From the NCBI GenBank assembly GCA_050230475.1, contig JBFLGF010000223.1:1-64000 (forward strand): a stretch of DNA of 64,000 nt, given 5' to 3'. Source of the stretch: Ancylonema sp. Taxonomy: Eukaryota. The position numbers were made by a program, and so were the translations under genes. Below the pieces are notes generated by a model. That model saw nothing but the letters and a program-made list of their open reading frames with translations, ran no database searches and was not told the origin of the DNA. Below, piece by piece: positions 1-12,213 of the stretch (within the stretch, counting starts at the first letter, position 1; each line of letters begins with the position of its first letter).

Positions 1-682
1 GCCATGTGTTTATAAGGTGTATGGATTGAGACAATGCTTCAAGAGGTGGGTTGGGATTGGGTGCGTCATCACACTCCCACCCATTGTATATGGCTATCTC
101 GTTTGTAGAATGTTTTGCCGAGGACATCACTCGACGCAAGGTCTTAGCAAAATGGCCTCAGAAACTAGTATGTTTGGCTATATGCATGGGATTTATATAG
201 GCTTTAGTCTTCATAGGTTTAAATAGTTTTACTAGGTCACGTATCACTGCTCTTTTGAGAGAAGGCATGCAAATAAAGTGCTTTGCGATTGTTCATGAAA
301 ACCAATAGCTAAGTGCACCGAAGTTAAACCATTGTGATTTTTTTAGTGAAGGGGAACTTGATGAATATATATGAAGTATCTAGGTACCATTGCAAACGCT
401 CACGTCATAGGCATCGGTTGCCGCATATTACAAGTTCGAACCATTTTGTTGCGTCCAATAGATTCGCACCCAACATTGCTACTCGCAATTCAACTTTCAT
501 TTTGGCAACGTCAGCATTAGGCATGGGGAGAAGTTTCATCAGATTTCAGGAATAAGGAATTGAATGTGTGGGGGTCGTACATTCTGAATTGGTCTCCACC
601 AGGTAGGTGTTGTAGACGATATGATTACGTATGACAAGCACGAACCGTTTCAGAGCCACCTAACCTAATGACAATAGTAGCA

Positions 683-873
683 TTGTGCACAACCCCAGAC
701 CAGGCGGAGTTGGAGATTGGCAACCCGGGTTTGGGGTGCCTACCTCCAACTTCGCCTGGCTCACCACGGGGTTGGCTATTTCCTTTATTGATGGTCTTGG
801 AATGGTCAGGGCTGGGTGATGGCCGACCCGGGCTGGAGTTTGGCCAACCCCAGGGGTTGGGGTTTGCGCACAA
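683..873. mobile_element. MITE-like non-coding element with terminal inverted repeats and an internal hairpin
   Basis: TTGTGCACAACCCCA (683-697) versus TGGGGTTTGCGCACAA (858-873) is an imperfect TIR. Internal inverted repeat CCAGGCGGAGTTGGAG (700-715) / CTCCAACTTCGCCTGG (744-759). Confidence 0.45.
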
Positions 874-1360
874 AGCCTGAAAAATGTCAAAAGTAATAAA
901 CGCCAGCCCGGCTTCTCGGCCCAGCTGCTGCCTTCAAAGGCAAAGACCAAATCGAGCGACAAGTCGTTCGATTTTGCTAGTCTTTCAGAATGTTTCGTTG
1001 TATTTGATGGCAGTTTCGACTACCCGTTGTATTCGACATGTTCTTCTTCTGAGAAGTCAGTCCCGTGCGATGCGACAGTCCCATCGATGGAAGGGCCACG
1101 TCGGCAGTATCTGGACCCGCTGTCCGACGTCACAGCGCGGAAAAAAGGACCAGGCCTCCCGCTCCACCACGTCTTCTGCTGTGCTGGTGCTGGTACACAC
1201 CAAGCCGTGGAGTGGGTCAAGGAGGATATTTCAGCAAGATGATCTGCGACATTTTTTCCATCGCTAATTGATAGACATTTGCGCGCCCGATACTCAAACT
1301 TAGTGTACTTCTGTTGTCTTGTTATCATCGGGGGAGCTGTTATAGTTTACTGAAGAGATT

Positions 1361-2489
1361 ATGTCGATGCGAAGGGCTGCTATTCAGGCCTCCACTTTGG
1401 TCAAGAGCCTTACAAGGCAGTCAAATGCTCTGACCGCTTTGAGTCATGTCAGAGTAGCATCCACGACAGCGCAGCAACAGATTGAGAAGCCTTCGCGCTC
1501 GGGACAGTTCTCAATTTATCGCTGGGACCCTGATGTAAACGCGAAGCCTCACTTGCAGACTTACGAGATCAACCTGAATGACTGCGGTCCTATGGTGCTC
1601 GACGCGCTGATCAAAATCAAGAACGATGTAGATCCTACCTTGACATTCCGTAGGTCTTGCAGGGAGGGCATCTGTGGATCGTGTGCAATGAACATCAACG
1701 GCGCGAATGGCTTGGCATGCCTCACAAAAATTCTCGATGACCCTTCTACTCCCACACCAATCACGCCACTCCCTCACATGTTCGTCGTCAAAGACCTGGT
1801 GGTGGACATGACTAATTTTTACCAGCAGTACAAGTCAATTGAACCTTGGTTGAAAACAAAGGCCAAACCTGCTAACGGCAAGGAGAACTTGCAGACGAAG
1901 GAGGATCGTTCGAAACTGGATGGGATGTATGAGTGTATCATGTGCGCCTGCTGCTCTACTTCCTGTCCAAGCTACTGGTGGAATCCTGAGAAGTACCTTG
2001 GACCTGCATCCTTGTTACAAGCTCACAGGTCAAGTCCTCGCTCTTTTTTTTATGAAATAAGGTTTTTGTGCTTCTGCAGAATTGAACTAAACTTGAGGTT
2101 TAATAACGGGAAAAGTTATCACAAATTTGTGGTCATGGGTTGTACTAAATCCCTATTGCCATCTTAGTTCGGGCTTTGGAGTTCAGATGCCCATTATGTG
2201 ACTAGTAGGGTCACATGTCGCTCTGGATTAGGGATGGTATGGAAAATACCTCTTCGCATTGTTTTAAGCTCTTTACTGACATGAAGGAGGATTTGTGACT
2301 TTTCTGATTTGCAGATGGATAGCTGACAGTCGAGACGAGTATACTCGAGAGAGGCTGGAGGCTCTGGATGATGTGTACAAGCTCTATCGCTGCCACACCA
2401 TCATGAACTGCGCTAGGGCTTGTCCTAAGGGGCTGAACCCTGGAAAGCAGATTTCCAAGATCAAGAGGTTGCAGACCCAACGGGCGTAA
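1361..2489 (+). CDS. SDH2: Mitochondrial succinate dehydrogenase iron-sulfur subunit; exons 1361-2028 and 2315-2489
   Basis: Motifs [32 protein letters not shown] and [17 protein letters not shown]; Arg/Ser/Ala-rich N-terminal presequence. GT..AG intron 2029-2314 joins in frame to give [11 protein letters not shown]. Confidence 0.97.
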
Positions 2490-3706
2490 GAATAGCTTCA
2501 GAACATGATGTATGAGTAGAAGGAAGGATATTGGAAGGATACTATTTAGTCCTGCGTATGTTTGTACATCTAATATATAATAGCAGAGAAGCATGGTAGC
2601 AAAGTAGGAGCAGGTGTAAGTGATGCATGACTATAGAATTGAAGGGTGCACGTGTCTTTGACATGCATCCAGTGCCGAAGTGTTAGTAGCCACAACAATA
2701 TCTCATATATGTTCGATCGCTGAGAAACTTGGTGACCTTGCAACTGATGTGGACAGAAATCAATTTCAGGCAGAGGTTGGACATCAGTCACGTTTGCAGC
2801 CTGTTTTGGCATGTGAATGTTTTTGCAAAGTGGTTTCTATTGAAGTGACATTCTATCGTTCTGCCATTGAGATAAAATTTGCAACTATTGGCGTGCATTC
2901 CGTTAAGCCTGAAGGAGTCCAACACTGACTGCTATTGCTGACGTAGTGGCAGTACCTGCCACAGAATGGTAGTATCTGCAAATTCGCCAAGACAGTGGAA
3001 ATATTGTACCATACAACATTACAATACAATCATCAGTAATAACTGTCAAATAACATTGCAAATCTTTTGCAACTGTGTTGATAAATAGCTATCCCTTAAT
3101 CTGCCCCCACTTTCTCGCACCATTAACAATATGTTTCAACACCATTCGAGTTGCTGGCCTTTTGAGTGCTTAGGAGGTCATGATCATTCAGGTAATCGTA
3201 AGTCACTCTTACTGATTGTTAGGAATAGGTGAATACTGAGATAAAAATGTTGTACTTCACCTTAACTCATATGCATGGTCTAGTGCTGAGACATTACTAT
3301 TTGACATAAACGTGTGACGAAGGATTTTGAATCTGGCTAAGCAAAGGTAACATCATTTCTTCAACTATGACTTGAAAATGGAAGGTACAGCCTTCTCGGA
3401 GTATATGTATATTACTCTCTCACAATCACACATTTCCTACCAAGCTGCTGATTCTGTCACAATTTCGAACTCCTCTTCAGCAAATAAAATGTATGGCAGA
3501 AGAATGCCGACAGCTTTGAAGCGAATATCACATGAGTCAGGTGACATGGTTGTCATTACAAAACAAATACTGTCACTCCACAAATGTCGCATTATTCGTG
3601 CAGAAATCCGCCTACACTGCTAAATCTGTAACTACCTCTGAGAGCCAAAAATAATTTTTCATTCTGGATGACACTAGACTGGATGTTCAATATATCCCCT
3701 ATCCCA

Positions 3707-6700
3707 TTAGCTGATCAAACTCCCTCCCAAGGATCTGCCTGCGGGTGATGCCTCTGCCTGCCCCTTGCGAATGCGTACAGAGCGGCGTACAGGTGTCACC
3801 ACCACATTTCCCTGCAAAATTCACAAAATAGGCTGCTAGGACCTGATGAGAAATACTCGAACTGCACTCCACACTTTTAGTCATGCGAATTCAGCCACAC
3901 TCGATGCAATCTTCACATCACGTACAGATGTTAGATACGCTACAACACAAGACAGCCATCAAATCTCAGCTTGCTGAGAATTGATGGCTAGCTGATTGCT
4001 GGCCTGATTATCGCGAATCTGTCTGTCCCATTTGTTGTAGAACAAACGAATCTAGCATGTCTGCATGCCTGGAAGTTACAGCTGAAATTTTGTGCGGGTA
4101 AAACTGCAGGTGGTAAAAAAAAGTGTATATTTTCTCTTTGCTACGGAATGGATTGATCAGCTGTCATTAGTTTGCATCATTAGTTTGCAACAGAGCAGGA
4201 CAGGTACAAATATGAGCAAAGAGAACCATTTTTCTATCAGGTTGTTATAGGTGCAACAGGTGCGTAGAGTATGTCTCTGCCCTACACATCCCGTGGCATT
4301 TATGGCTCTCTTGTATGCTTCATAGCTTCCATCCTCAGCTGCCTCCCCAGTCATCTCACTTTCTTCGGCGTGAGATGATCCCGAGCCATTTCTCACAGGC
4401 GTCCATACCAAAGGCTCCTCTCCAGCCCCCGAATCATGTCTATGCATGGTCTCTCTGCTGTCAGGCACTGACGTCACCTCACCCTCTGACTGTGTTTTGT
4501 GAGGTCCTGCATGGAAACCTCTCTTCCCCTCTGTCTTTCTGAAGACCAGAAACAGCAATCCAGATAATGACAGCAGCAGAGTGAGGGCAATTGCCAAAGC
4601 TCGTGCAGCAAGCCCTTGCACAGATGGGAACACATGCTCAACAGCCTGTCGCTGGTCCTCTTCACTGACTGCATCCCGTCCGTCTGCCCGAGGCTCCCAC
4701 GTGTCAAAATAAGCAGCGAAGTCTGCCATCGACTCGTCTCCCGTAGTGACCTTGCCAACCACTGCTCCTTCTGCTTCCGATTCCGGAAAAGCCATGTCAG
4801 CCGGAGACATGTTCACAACAAGTTCTTCACTCTGGAGTGGCTGAAATTCTGAGACCAGAACAGATGATGCCCTGTTGTCGGATTCCTTTGAGACAGATTG
4901 TAACGCACCATCTACCATGGTATCGCCCTTCTGCTCTTCAGACATATCCACTTCCTTTCGAACCACCGCACCAACCTCTGAGTGGAAGTTTGGGCCCGAG
5001 ATATCTGGAACCAATCCCCTCCTTGACTCATCCCCACAAGTCTCCTTTCCAGAGACATTCTGAACAGCGGATGCTCTGCTGTCCCGCGATTCTAAGGATG
5101 AGGCATCAACTCTCTTGTCAGCATTCTGTTGCTGAGAGTTCAGCCCAGACTGTGGGTCATACAAAGACGTGTCTTCGCTCGGCACACCTTGAGCTGCATC
5201 CCTGACAGCCTGACTGCTGTGCTTTGAGGAACCCGTCATGTGGCCGCCCTGATCTGTCGCCATGCTTTGAAAGCTGCTGTCAGAGGAGCCTGCTCGCAGA
5301 ATTTGGATGACTTGCTTCGAGAATCTCAGTGGTGGTCGTAGGTGATGGCCCAAACCTGGGGGCCAAGGGGAAGGGGCACAAAGAAAGGTGTCTCGACGGC
5401 AAAATCATGCAATCAATATCATGAGGAACCAAGGGTACGGCACCGTACAGGATACAGGGCAGCATACCATTCAACAATGGTTTAAGATAAGAAAGCAGGA
5501 CTGAAGCAGGATTTGCACAAGAAGCTTGAGCTCGCAGCTATCGTTACCAATACATTTCTACTGAAGCAAAGAGCTCTTGCCATGTAGTATATACAGCAGG
5601 TGCATGTATCATGGCAGACTGGGCACACCCAGGGACAAATACAACCATTCAATCAGTGCCATGCTGCTCACCAACACCATACCATCGCCAGTCCGGGCCC
5701 CCCACATCTCTCTTGGGGTCGAACGGCGTCCACAATGCTTTGAGACCAGTCGAAGCTAACGACATGTGTTGGGGGATCTCTGATTTCCTGAGTATACCTC
5801 GAATTGATGCCACATATGCCTCTTCCCACACAGCTGAGGGCAGGAAAACCCAATTCTCGGAAGAGAGAACTGCGGCTGTGACCAGGAAGAAAGCCAATCC
5901 CACCTTGCCGATAGCAGCCAGGCCTTGAAACTGACCGGATGGCACCTCAACATCTTCTAGGATGACTGACTTTGGGATTGTGATGAACAGGCTGTCTGGA
6001 CTTTCCGGAGTACAGATTGCAGGTGGAAGGTGGGAGAAAGTAGGGGACTCGGGTCCAATCATCAGGATAGATGATTGTTTACGGACCTCTGCATGCAGTT
6101 TGTCTGTGAAGGTGGGGCTGTTTGGACTTCCAAGAAACAGATTCTTTGTCAGATGAGAGTCTATGTCTGCCAGGGGAGTACGAGGAGTACTTGACCTATG
6201 TATTGGACTCTGCAAGAGAGAGGTTTGGATCCGTTGAGAAGAAGCAATCTCCTGCTGGATTGGTGATACAGCCAGGCCTTGAAACTGACCGGATGGCACC
6301 TCAACATCTTCTGGGATGACTGACTTTGGGATTGTGACGAACAACAGGCTGTCTGGGCTATCCGTAGTACTGATTGCAGGTGGAAGGAGGGAGAAAGTAG
6401 GGGACTCGGGTCCAATCATCAGGATTGATGATGGTTTACGGACCTCTGCATGCAGTTTCTCTGTGAAGGTGGGGCTGTTTGGACTTCCAAGAAACAGATT
6501 CTTTGTCAGATTAGTGTCTAGGGCTAGGGGAGTACGAGGAGTACTTGATCTATGTGTTGGACTCTGCAAGTTAGGGCTTTGGACCCGTTGAGGAGTTGCA
6601 ATTTCCTGCTGGATTGGCGATACAGAAGCTATTAGCTGGCTTTTGACATACGGGGAGTTCTCGGATACACGAGCGTAGTCCTTACGTGGTGTGAAATTGA

Positions 6701-6995
6701 AAATAGCCCTCCGCTTTTGAAGAGTAGGTGGAGCAGGCGAGCTGACATTGGTTGGCTGGTTCGGGTCAGGAAGATTCAGTTTTTTATCCCAGGGTTGAGG
6801 AGAGAGGGGAGGAGTTTCCGGTGTTCCTTTGGTTTCTGAAACCTTCTCGGTTTTCCGATGGCCTTCGAAGCTCAAGGGACTCAACTTTGCTACAGATGGT
6901 GAGAAAAACAGCCCGCTGCTTGTCTGATGTGGTGGAGAAGCGACAATGGTCTGCGGCCGCTCCCTAAAAACGATATCACCAGAATGTTTGGCCAT
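3707..6995 (-). CDS. Uncharacterised Ser/Pro-rich protein with two hydrophobic segments and C-terminal TPVRRSxRIR motif; exons 6995-5672, 5355-4286, 3811-3707
   Basis: The 448-aa and 398-aa ORFs join through G|GTGAGC..CCCCCAG|GT (phase 1). A third exon joins through TGT|GTAGGG..TTTTGCAG|GGA (phase 0), giving GSYEAYKRAINATGC-GNVVVTPVRRSVRIRK. Hydrophobic stretches VGLAFFLVTAAVL and ALAIALTLLLSLSGLLFLVF. Confidence 0.7.
5917..6620 (-). repeat. Intragenic tandem duplication, 354-bp (118-aa) unit, two copies
   Basis: GCCAGGCCTTGAAACTGACC at 5917 and 6271; protein repeat SPIQQEIA...EDVEVPSGQFQGLA occurs twice in frame. Confidence 0.95.
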
Positions 6996-7399
6996 TGCTC
7001 ATGTGACCAAAACTATCAGAAAAGGAACGTAAAGAATGCACAGAAGTGATGAATGGCTTTTAGCACTGTAAACCAGTACGCGAGGTAAGGCTTCGACTAA
7101 TTTTCTGCCGTGCTTTAGAAATGAAGCAGCAGGAGATTCAAAAACTTCCACAACGGCTCGGAAGGCAGAAACCGCGGTGTGCAGTTTCGTTATAGAAGTC
7201 CCATTCGCTTCCCGTTAAATCGATTTTGCTGCAAAAGCGAACTTGTCATCGCGAACTTGCATACAAAATGCAGGCAAGGAACATGAGTGACAAATGACAC
7301 GGGATTCGGTGCGCCCAACAATTGAACCAGTCGCATTTAGCAGGCGGTAAAAAAATCGACACGTCACGCCTTTGACACGAGGCAATATTAGCAGGCGGG

Positions 7400-7514
7400 C
7401 ATTATCCGGACCCGTGCGTGTAGCAGGTCACCCACCCGAAAATAATTAACTACTTCTAACCCGTACAGTTTAACCGTGATGAAAACCCGATAATATTAAC
7501 CATTTGGATGGTCC
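7400..7514 (-). repeat. Dispersed ~115-bp element, copy 1 (second copy at 40431-40547)
   Basis: Reverse complement aligns closely with 40431-40547, e.g. ATCACGGTTAAA(C/T)TGTACGGGTT(A/T)GAAGTAGTTAATT and ACGGGTCCGGATAATG. Confidence 0.85.
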
Positions 7515-7982
7515 AGTCGTCGTCGGTTTCCGACCAATAGCAGTCTCGAGTCTAAGACTGCGCGCCCCCGGGCTGGAGACTGGGCAGTCTTAGACTGGGG
7601 AATGGCTGACTGGGTAATTTTGATGCAGTCCGGACTGGAGATTACACGTGCAAATTACGTTGGGCACGTGCCAATTTAGGCTGGGTAGACTGGAAAGAAA
7701 CTGGGTGTAGACTGGATACGTGTGAAAAAAATGGAAATGTTGGGAAAAAGACTCCAAAAAAACTAAAAACTTGTACCTAAAAATAAACAAAACAAGACAT
7801 ATCCAGTTTGGGCGGGAAATGACACGTGCGAAATCACCTCGCGCTTGGTGTGACTCAATGCGTTTACTTGAGAGCTTGGGATCGAAGCTGAGTGGTCAAG
7901 CCAAGTGAGGATTGGACACCTTCTCGGACTCCTAGGACCACACCAACGAGGAGATTCTAGACTAAGAGTATGCCGTCACGAG

Positions 7983-8060
7983 AGAAGCTGCTAGAGTAGC
8001 TAGAGAAGCTAGAGAAGCTAGAGAAGCTAGAGAAGCTAGAGAAGTTAGAGAAGCTAGGGA
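7983..8060. repeat. 9-bp minisatellite (GCTAGAGAA)n
   Basis: Tandem copies read directly. Confidence 0.9.
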
Positions 8061-9529
8061 AGTTGCTGCTATGTGGCGCTCTATCTACAAACGCAAGGCG
8101 ATCTTCGACCTGCGGCAAGTCCATGCCAACAACGTGGGGCGCGAGCCAGTTGGACCTCACGCCTTGGAGGAACCCATTCAGGAGCTACCTGGAGGAGTTC
8201 CTGACCATCCTCCAATAAAATTTATAGGCTTCATTCGCTGTCTACTTGGACGACCTGAAAGCCTTCAAGGCGGAACCACGAGAATCCCTTCTGCTGTTGG
8301 CTAACAATTTTGATGAGGCGGCCATATCGCTACTGCTGGCTGGTCTGAAGACCTCAAGAAATATGGCGCTGAACCTACGCAAGCACATCCCCATCCACAT
8401 TAGGTGGCGCGCTTTATCTGAAATGGAGAGACAAGACACACGCCAGAGCCGAAGACGCCCTCGTCAATAAGGACGAGCTCATTTCCATCGCCCAAGAAGA
8501 GGAGGGACGGCTCTTCGAGATTGAAGTGGAGATGCGCGCAGCTAGCCAAGTCCTTTGTCGTACCGGAAACGATCGTGTGCCTATATGGTGATATATAGGG
8601 AGAAACAAGCAATGGTGCTTAAACAACAAATGTGCCTATACAAAGAATAGCACCTTTTCAAACGAATGAACACGACATAATCAGAGTTACAGTATGCACC
8701 CGCGGGGGTACCTAACTTTCCGTCACTATTTGGCACGCGCGCGAACCAATATTGACGAGCTAAGTTTCGGTTGTCTAACCAAGTCCTTAGTTAGAAATCG
8801 ATCGCAAGACGCGCTCCGCCATTTACGGCGCCTGACACGCTCACATTGTCGGCAGACCTGTCAGACGGCACGTAGCTGTTTTATTGAAGTTACACCCATG
8901 CTTCTGTACCACGTATTGTAAACTAGACGTCTACGTGAATGGACAGAGTCTCTAAATTACATGCACTTACGATAGTGCCAAATTACCTACAGTTTTATGC
9001 CAAGGTATGCATGTGCTGCGATCGTTTACAGACGCCAGCAATGCATTAGTATGATTCAGATCAGTCTGGCGGTGGCCATGCACTGTACCTAGTTGCAATA
9101 TTGATGTACATTACATGACGAGTACATTGTAATACTTGGCTAGGAATGCATTAGCCTAGATGTCGGTGCAGCCGCCTAACGGCGCCGCGGAGAAGATGTT
9201 GAACATGCAGGCCCTGAGTAGTGGCAGAGACTATATAACCTAGAGAGGTGCTTCTTAGACCACAATAGGTCTGTGTAGACCTCGGGAACCGCTGAACAAA
9301 TCTTGACTCGAATTGCAATTTGATTTTCCTGAATTTCGTGTGAATTCTTGGAGATCTAAACTTAACTGTTTCGAACACATTACGTTCAGTCCGAACGGCA
9401 TTGCCTTGCCATAGGAAACTCACAAAGACCTATTGTTCTCGCACGCGAGAACATAGCACGATGGAATATAACACGACACCTTGATCCTGTCCACAGGAGA
9501 GAAATGAAGACATCCTGTCATCACGAGAA

Positions 9530-9769
9530 GTGCCACCAAGGCAACCTCGTCGAATGGCTAATTGGTTGCAACAATGGGGCAACATCGAGGATCGCCTGGA
9601 CCAGCGCATGCCAAAGAACGAAGGACCGGGGACGCGTACTTGTTACAAATGCAACCAAGTTGGCCACATTGCGCGCAGCTGCTTGCAAAAGAGGGAGGGA
9701 GGCCCCATCAACAAAACCAAGACGGCCGGTGACAAGCCAGATGCTTTGGCTGTGTTGGATTCCGGGTAA
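9530..9769 (+). mobile_element. Degenerate retrotransposon gag fragment with CCHC zinc knuckle
   Basis: CYKCNQVGHIARSC matches CX2CX4HX4C. No intact upstream ORF. The broken ORF at ~8246-8560 may belong to the same element. Confidence 0.6.
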
Positions 9770-12213
9770 CCGGTTGTAATCTGAATCGCTTTAAGTTCCA
9801 GCCGTAGTCGGAATGATGTGTGACCGTTAGTTTCTTTGACATGGTGTGTAGTGTTTGACATGATGTGTAGTATGATGGGTTATGTGCAACTACATGTTTA
9901 GTATCGGTCGCATTAGTCATAGTGAAAGTGATTGATGGTTCATGGTTGATTGAGATAGATGCTTTGATGTTATTTGAAGTATATAGGCAAGATATTGATG
10001 CCACAATGTCTTAATTCGCACTTAACGTTACACCGTTATTCAGACGTTTTCATTGTGGTGTAATGTGTATTGTTGTTGCAACATGTGCATTGTATTTTGC
10101 ATGATGCTTTGCATTTAACAAGTGAAAATCCAGTGTGAGTGATCTGGCCTAATGGCGGACCCCACTGGTATCAGGCTGCGCATAAAATTGAAGGACATGT
10201 AATTGAATCTTGCAGCAAGGAGGGGCACACTAGCGCCCAATGGTGGATAACGCATCTTGGTCTCATATCGGAGGCCCTCGTCAAGAGGCATGAAAAGGCC
10301 ACGTCTGCAAGCGCACATAAGCGCTCGAAGGTTGGCGACCACTTTAGCCCTAACTACCAGTTCCAAGGGATGGCGCTGACCTACAAGCGGCCCCACGCGC
10401 AAATGGCTGAAGTCTGGAGGCGGTCTACACGAGCATCAGTCCCAAGTGAGGTTGTGAGGGGGGCTGAGGCAACGAGTTCGGTATGCACCCTCCATGTCAG
10501 ATCATGGGACAAACGTCTCCAAAACAGCACCAAGTATCCCTGCAGCCCTTACCACCGCTGCACCAACGGTGACAACGGTCCGAGCCGAACCGAAGGAGAA
10601 GTAGACGGCCCAGCTGTTGCAGCCCCTGTGAGATATGTGCTGCAACATAACTTGTATATTCAATGAGTGCTATGTTTTTAGATGGCCAAAGGTGCCAATT
10701 AGGTTACGGAGAACTTTTGGCATGGTCGATGGAGTTCGGTTCTGTGTGTGAGTGTGCGTCTACTAAATGAGTAAACGAGCTTGGTGCTTGTTATTAAGAT
10801 AGTTAGTGTTGCGACGTGTCATTTTGGTTCGTGATATGATTGGTTAGAATATTGTATTGGTGAATTGTGTCAATGACGGCGTGGCCAGACACAGCGCGCG
10901 CGATTTTTGGTTGGATTTTGTGTTGCATTGTAGATCGATCGTACGATGTATCTAGGGTTATATTTCGTATAGTGACACTTTGAATGCAATTCTGCATGCA
11001 AGGTAGGATCTTTCGCGGACTGACTCAGATTTGGCTATCAGACCATTGTAGTGAAAATTCTTCTCCAGCATTGATTTCACTTGCTTTAATATGAAAGAAG
11101 CTTTGTCTATGTGTTACGCAATGTGTATGAATATGAGTATGAGTTAATGCGAATGTGTTGATAGTTATTGCTATCTGAGTGTCATTGCTGAGATCAGAGT
11201 TTGTGTCAAGGTAAAATAATAAATTCAGCAGTTTTCCACATGGATTGCCCACGTCCAGCTTGGCGCTCGGCACTACCAAGTAGCTTTACCCTCCGACAAA
11301 CCTATTCCCTAAATCAGCAGTGGGCGGGAACGGTACTGTGGAGATGGAGACGCCCTTGAAGACAACAACGTAGATACAGTATAGTATTGCCAATGTGCAA
11401 CAACTCATTTAACACTACGAGCTTTCCAAACAATTTATACACATACAATATGCTAGTAAGATCATATTTTCTCATTTATGTATGGTTCATTTCATTGAAC
11501 AAGATAGGTATAGTCATAACTTCGAACATAGTCTATTTACTAGAAGCGAAATCTGCACATTTCATATCGCACACACGTGTTGTGGAGTACTTGTGCAGCG
11601 TTGGTGTTAGTGATTAATGATGTGATGAATGGTATCAAATTCCATCCCCATTTTCGTAAAGAGTGGAGACAAAACGTGGTTGAACAATTTCACTCTTTTG
11701 TGACCAACTATTTTGTATTGATCACATGATTCATTTCAAAATCGCACCTCCTCCTCATAAGAAGATACATATACCCGTATACTTTATACATAACACACCA
11801 CATTCCATGGTGTGAAACTACTATCCCCTCCTCTCCTCTCAACTGCCTTACCCTCTATCTCATCCCGACTAAGGTGGAATACACAAGTTCAAGCCAAATA
11901 AAGTCATCTCTACATCAAATCCACTCTAGCTACTACCATCCACTCAAAAACAAATCAAAACTAGTGAACAAAATAGAGATGCTACGAATCGTGTTTGCCC
12001 TGACTAACTTTCTTTTTGGTACAACCCTAATGTGGGTGGGTTACATCTGTCCAAATCGTCGTTTAAATACGCCGTTTGCGCCATACAAACATAATTTAGC
12101 ATTTTGCCGGCCCCACTCCATGGCTTCCTTGTTATCAATGCTCTCCGTAAATACTGCCCACTTACGCGATTTTTTCACGCTTGTCAGTGTTTCTTAACTT
12201 GCTATCCCTCTTC

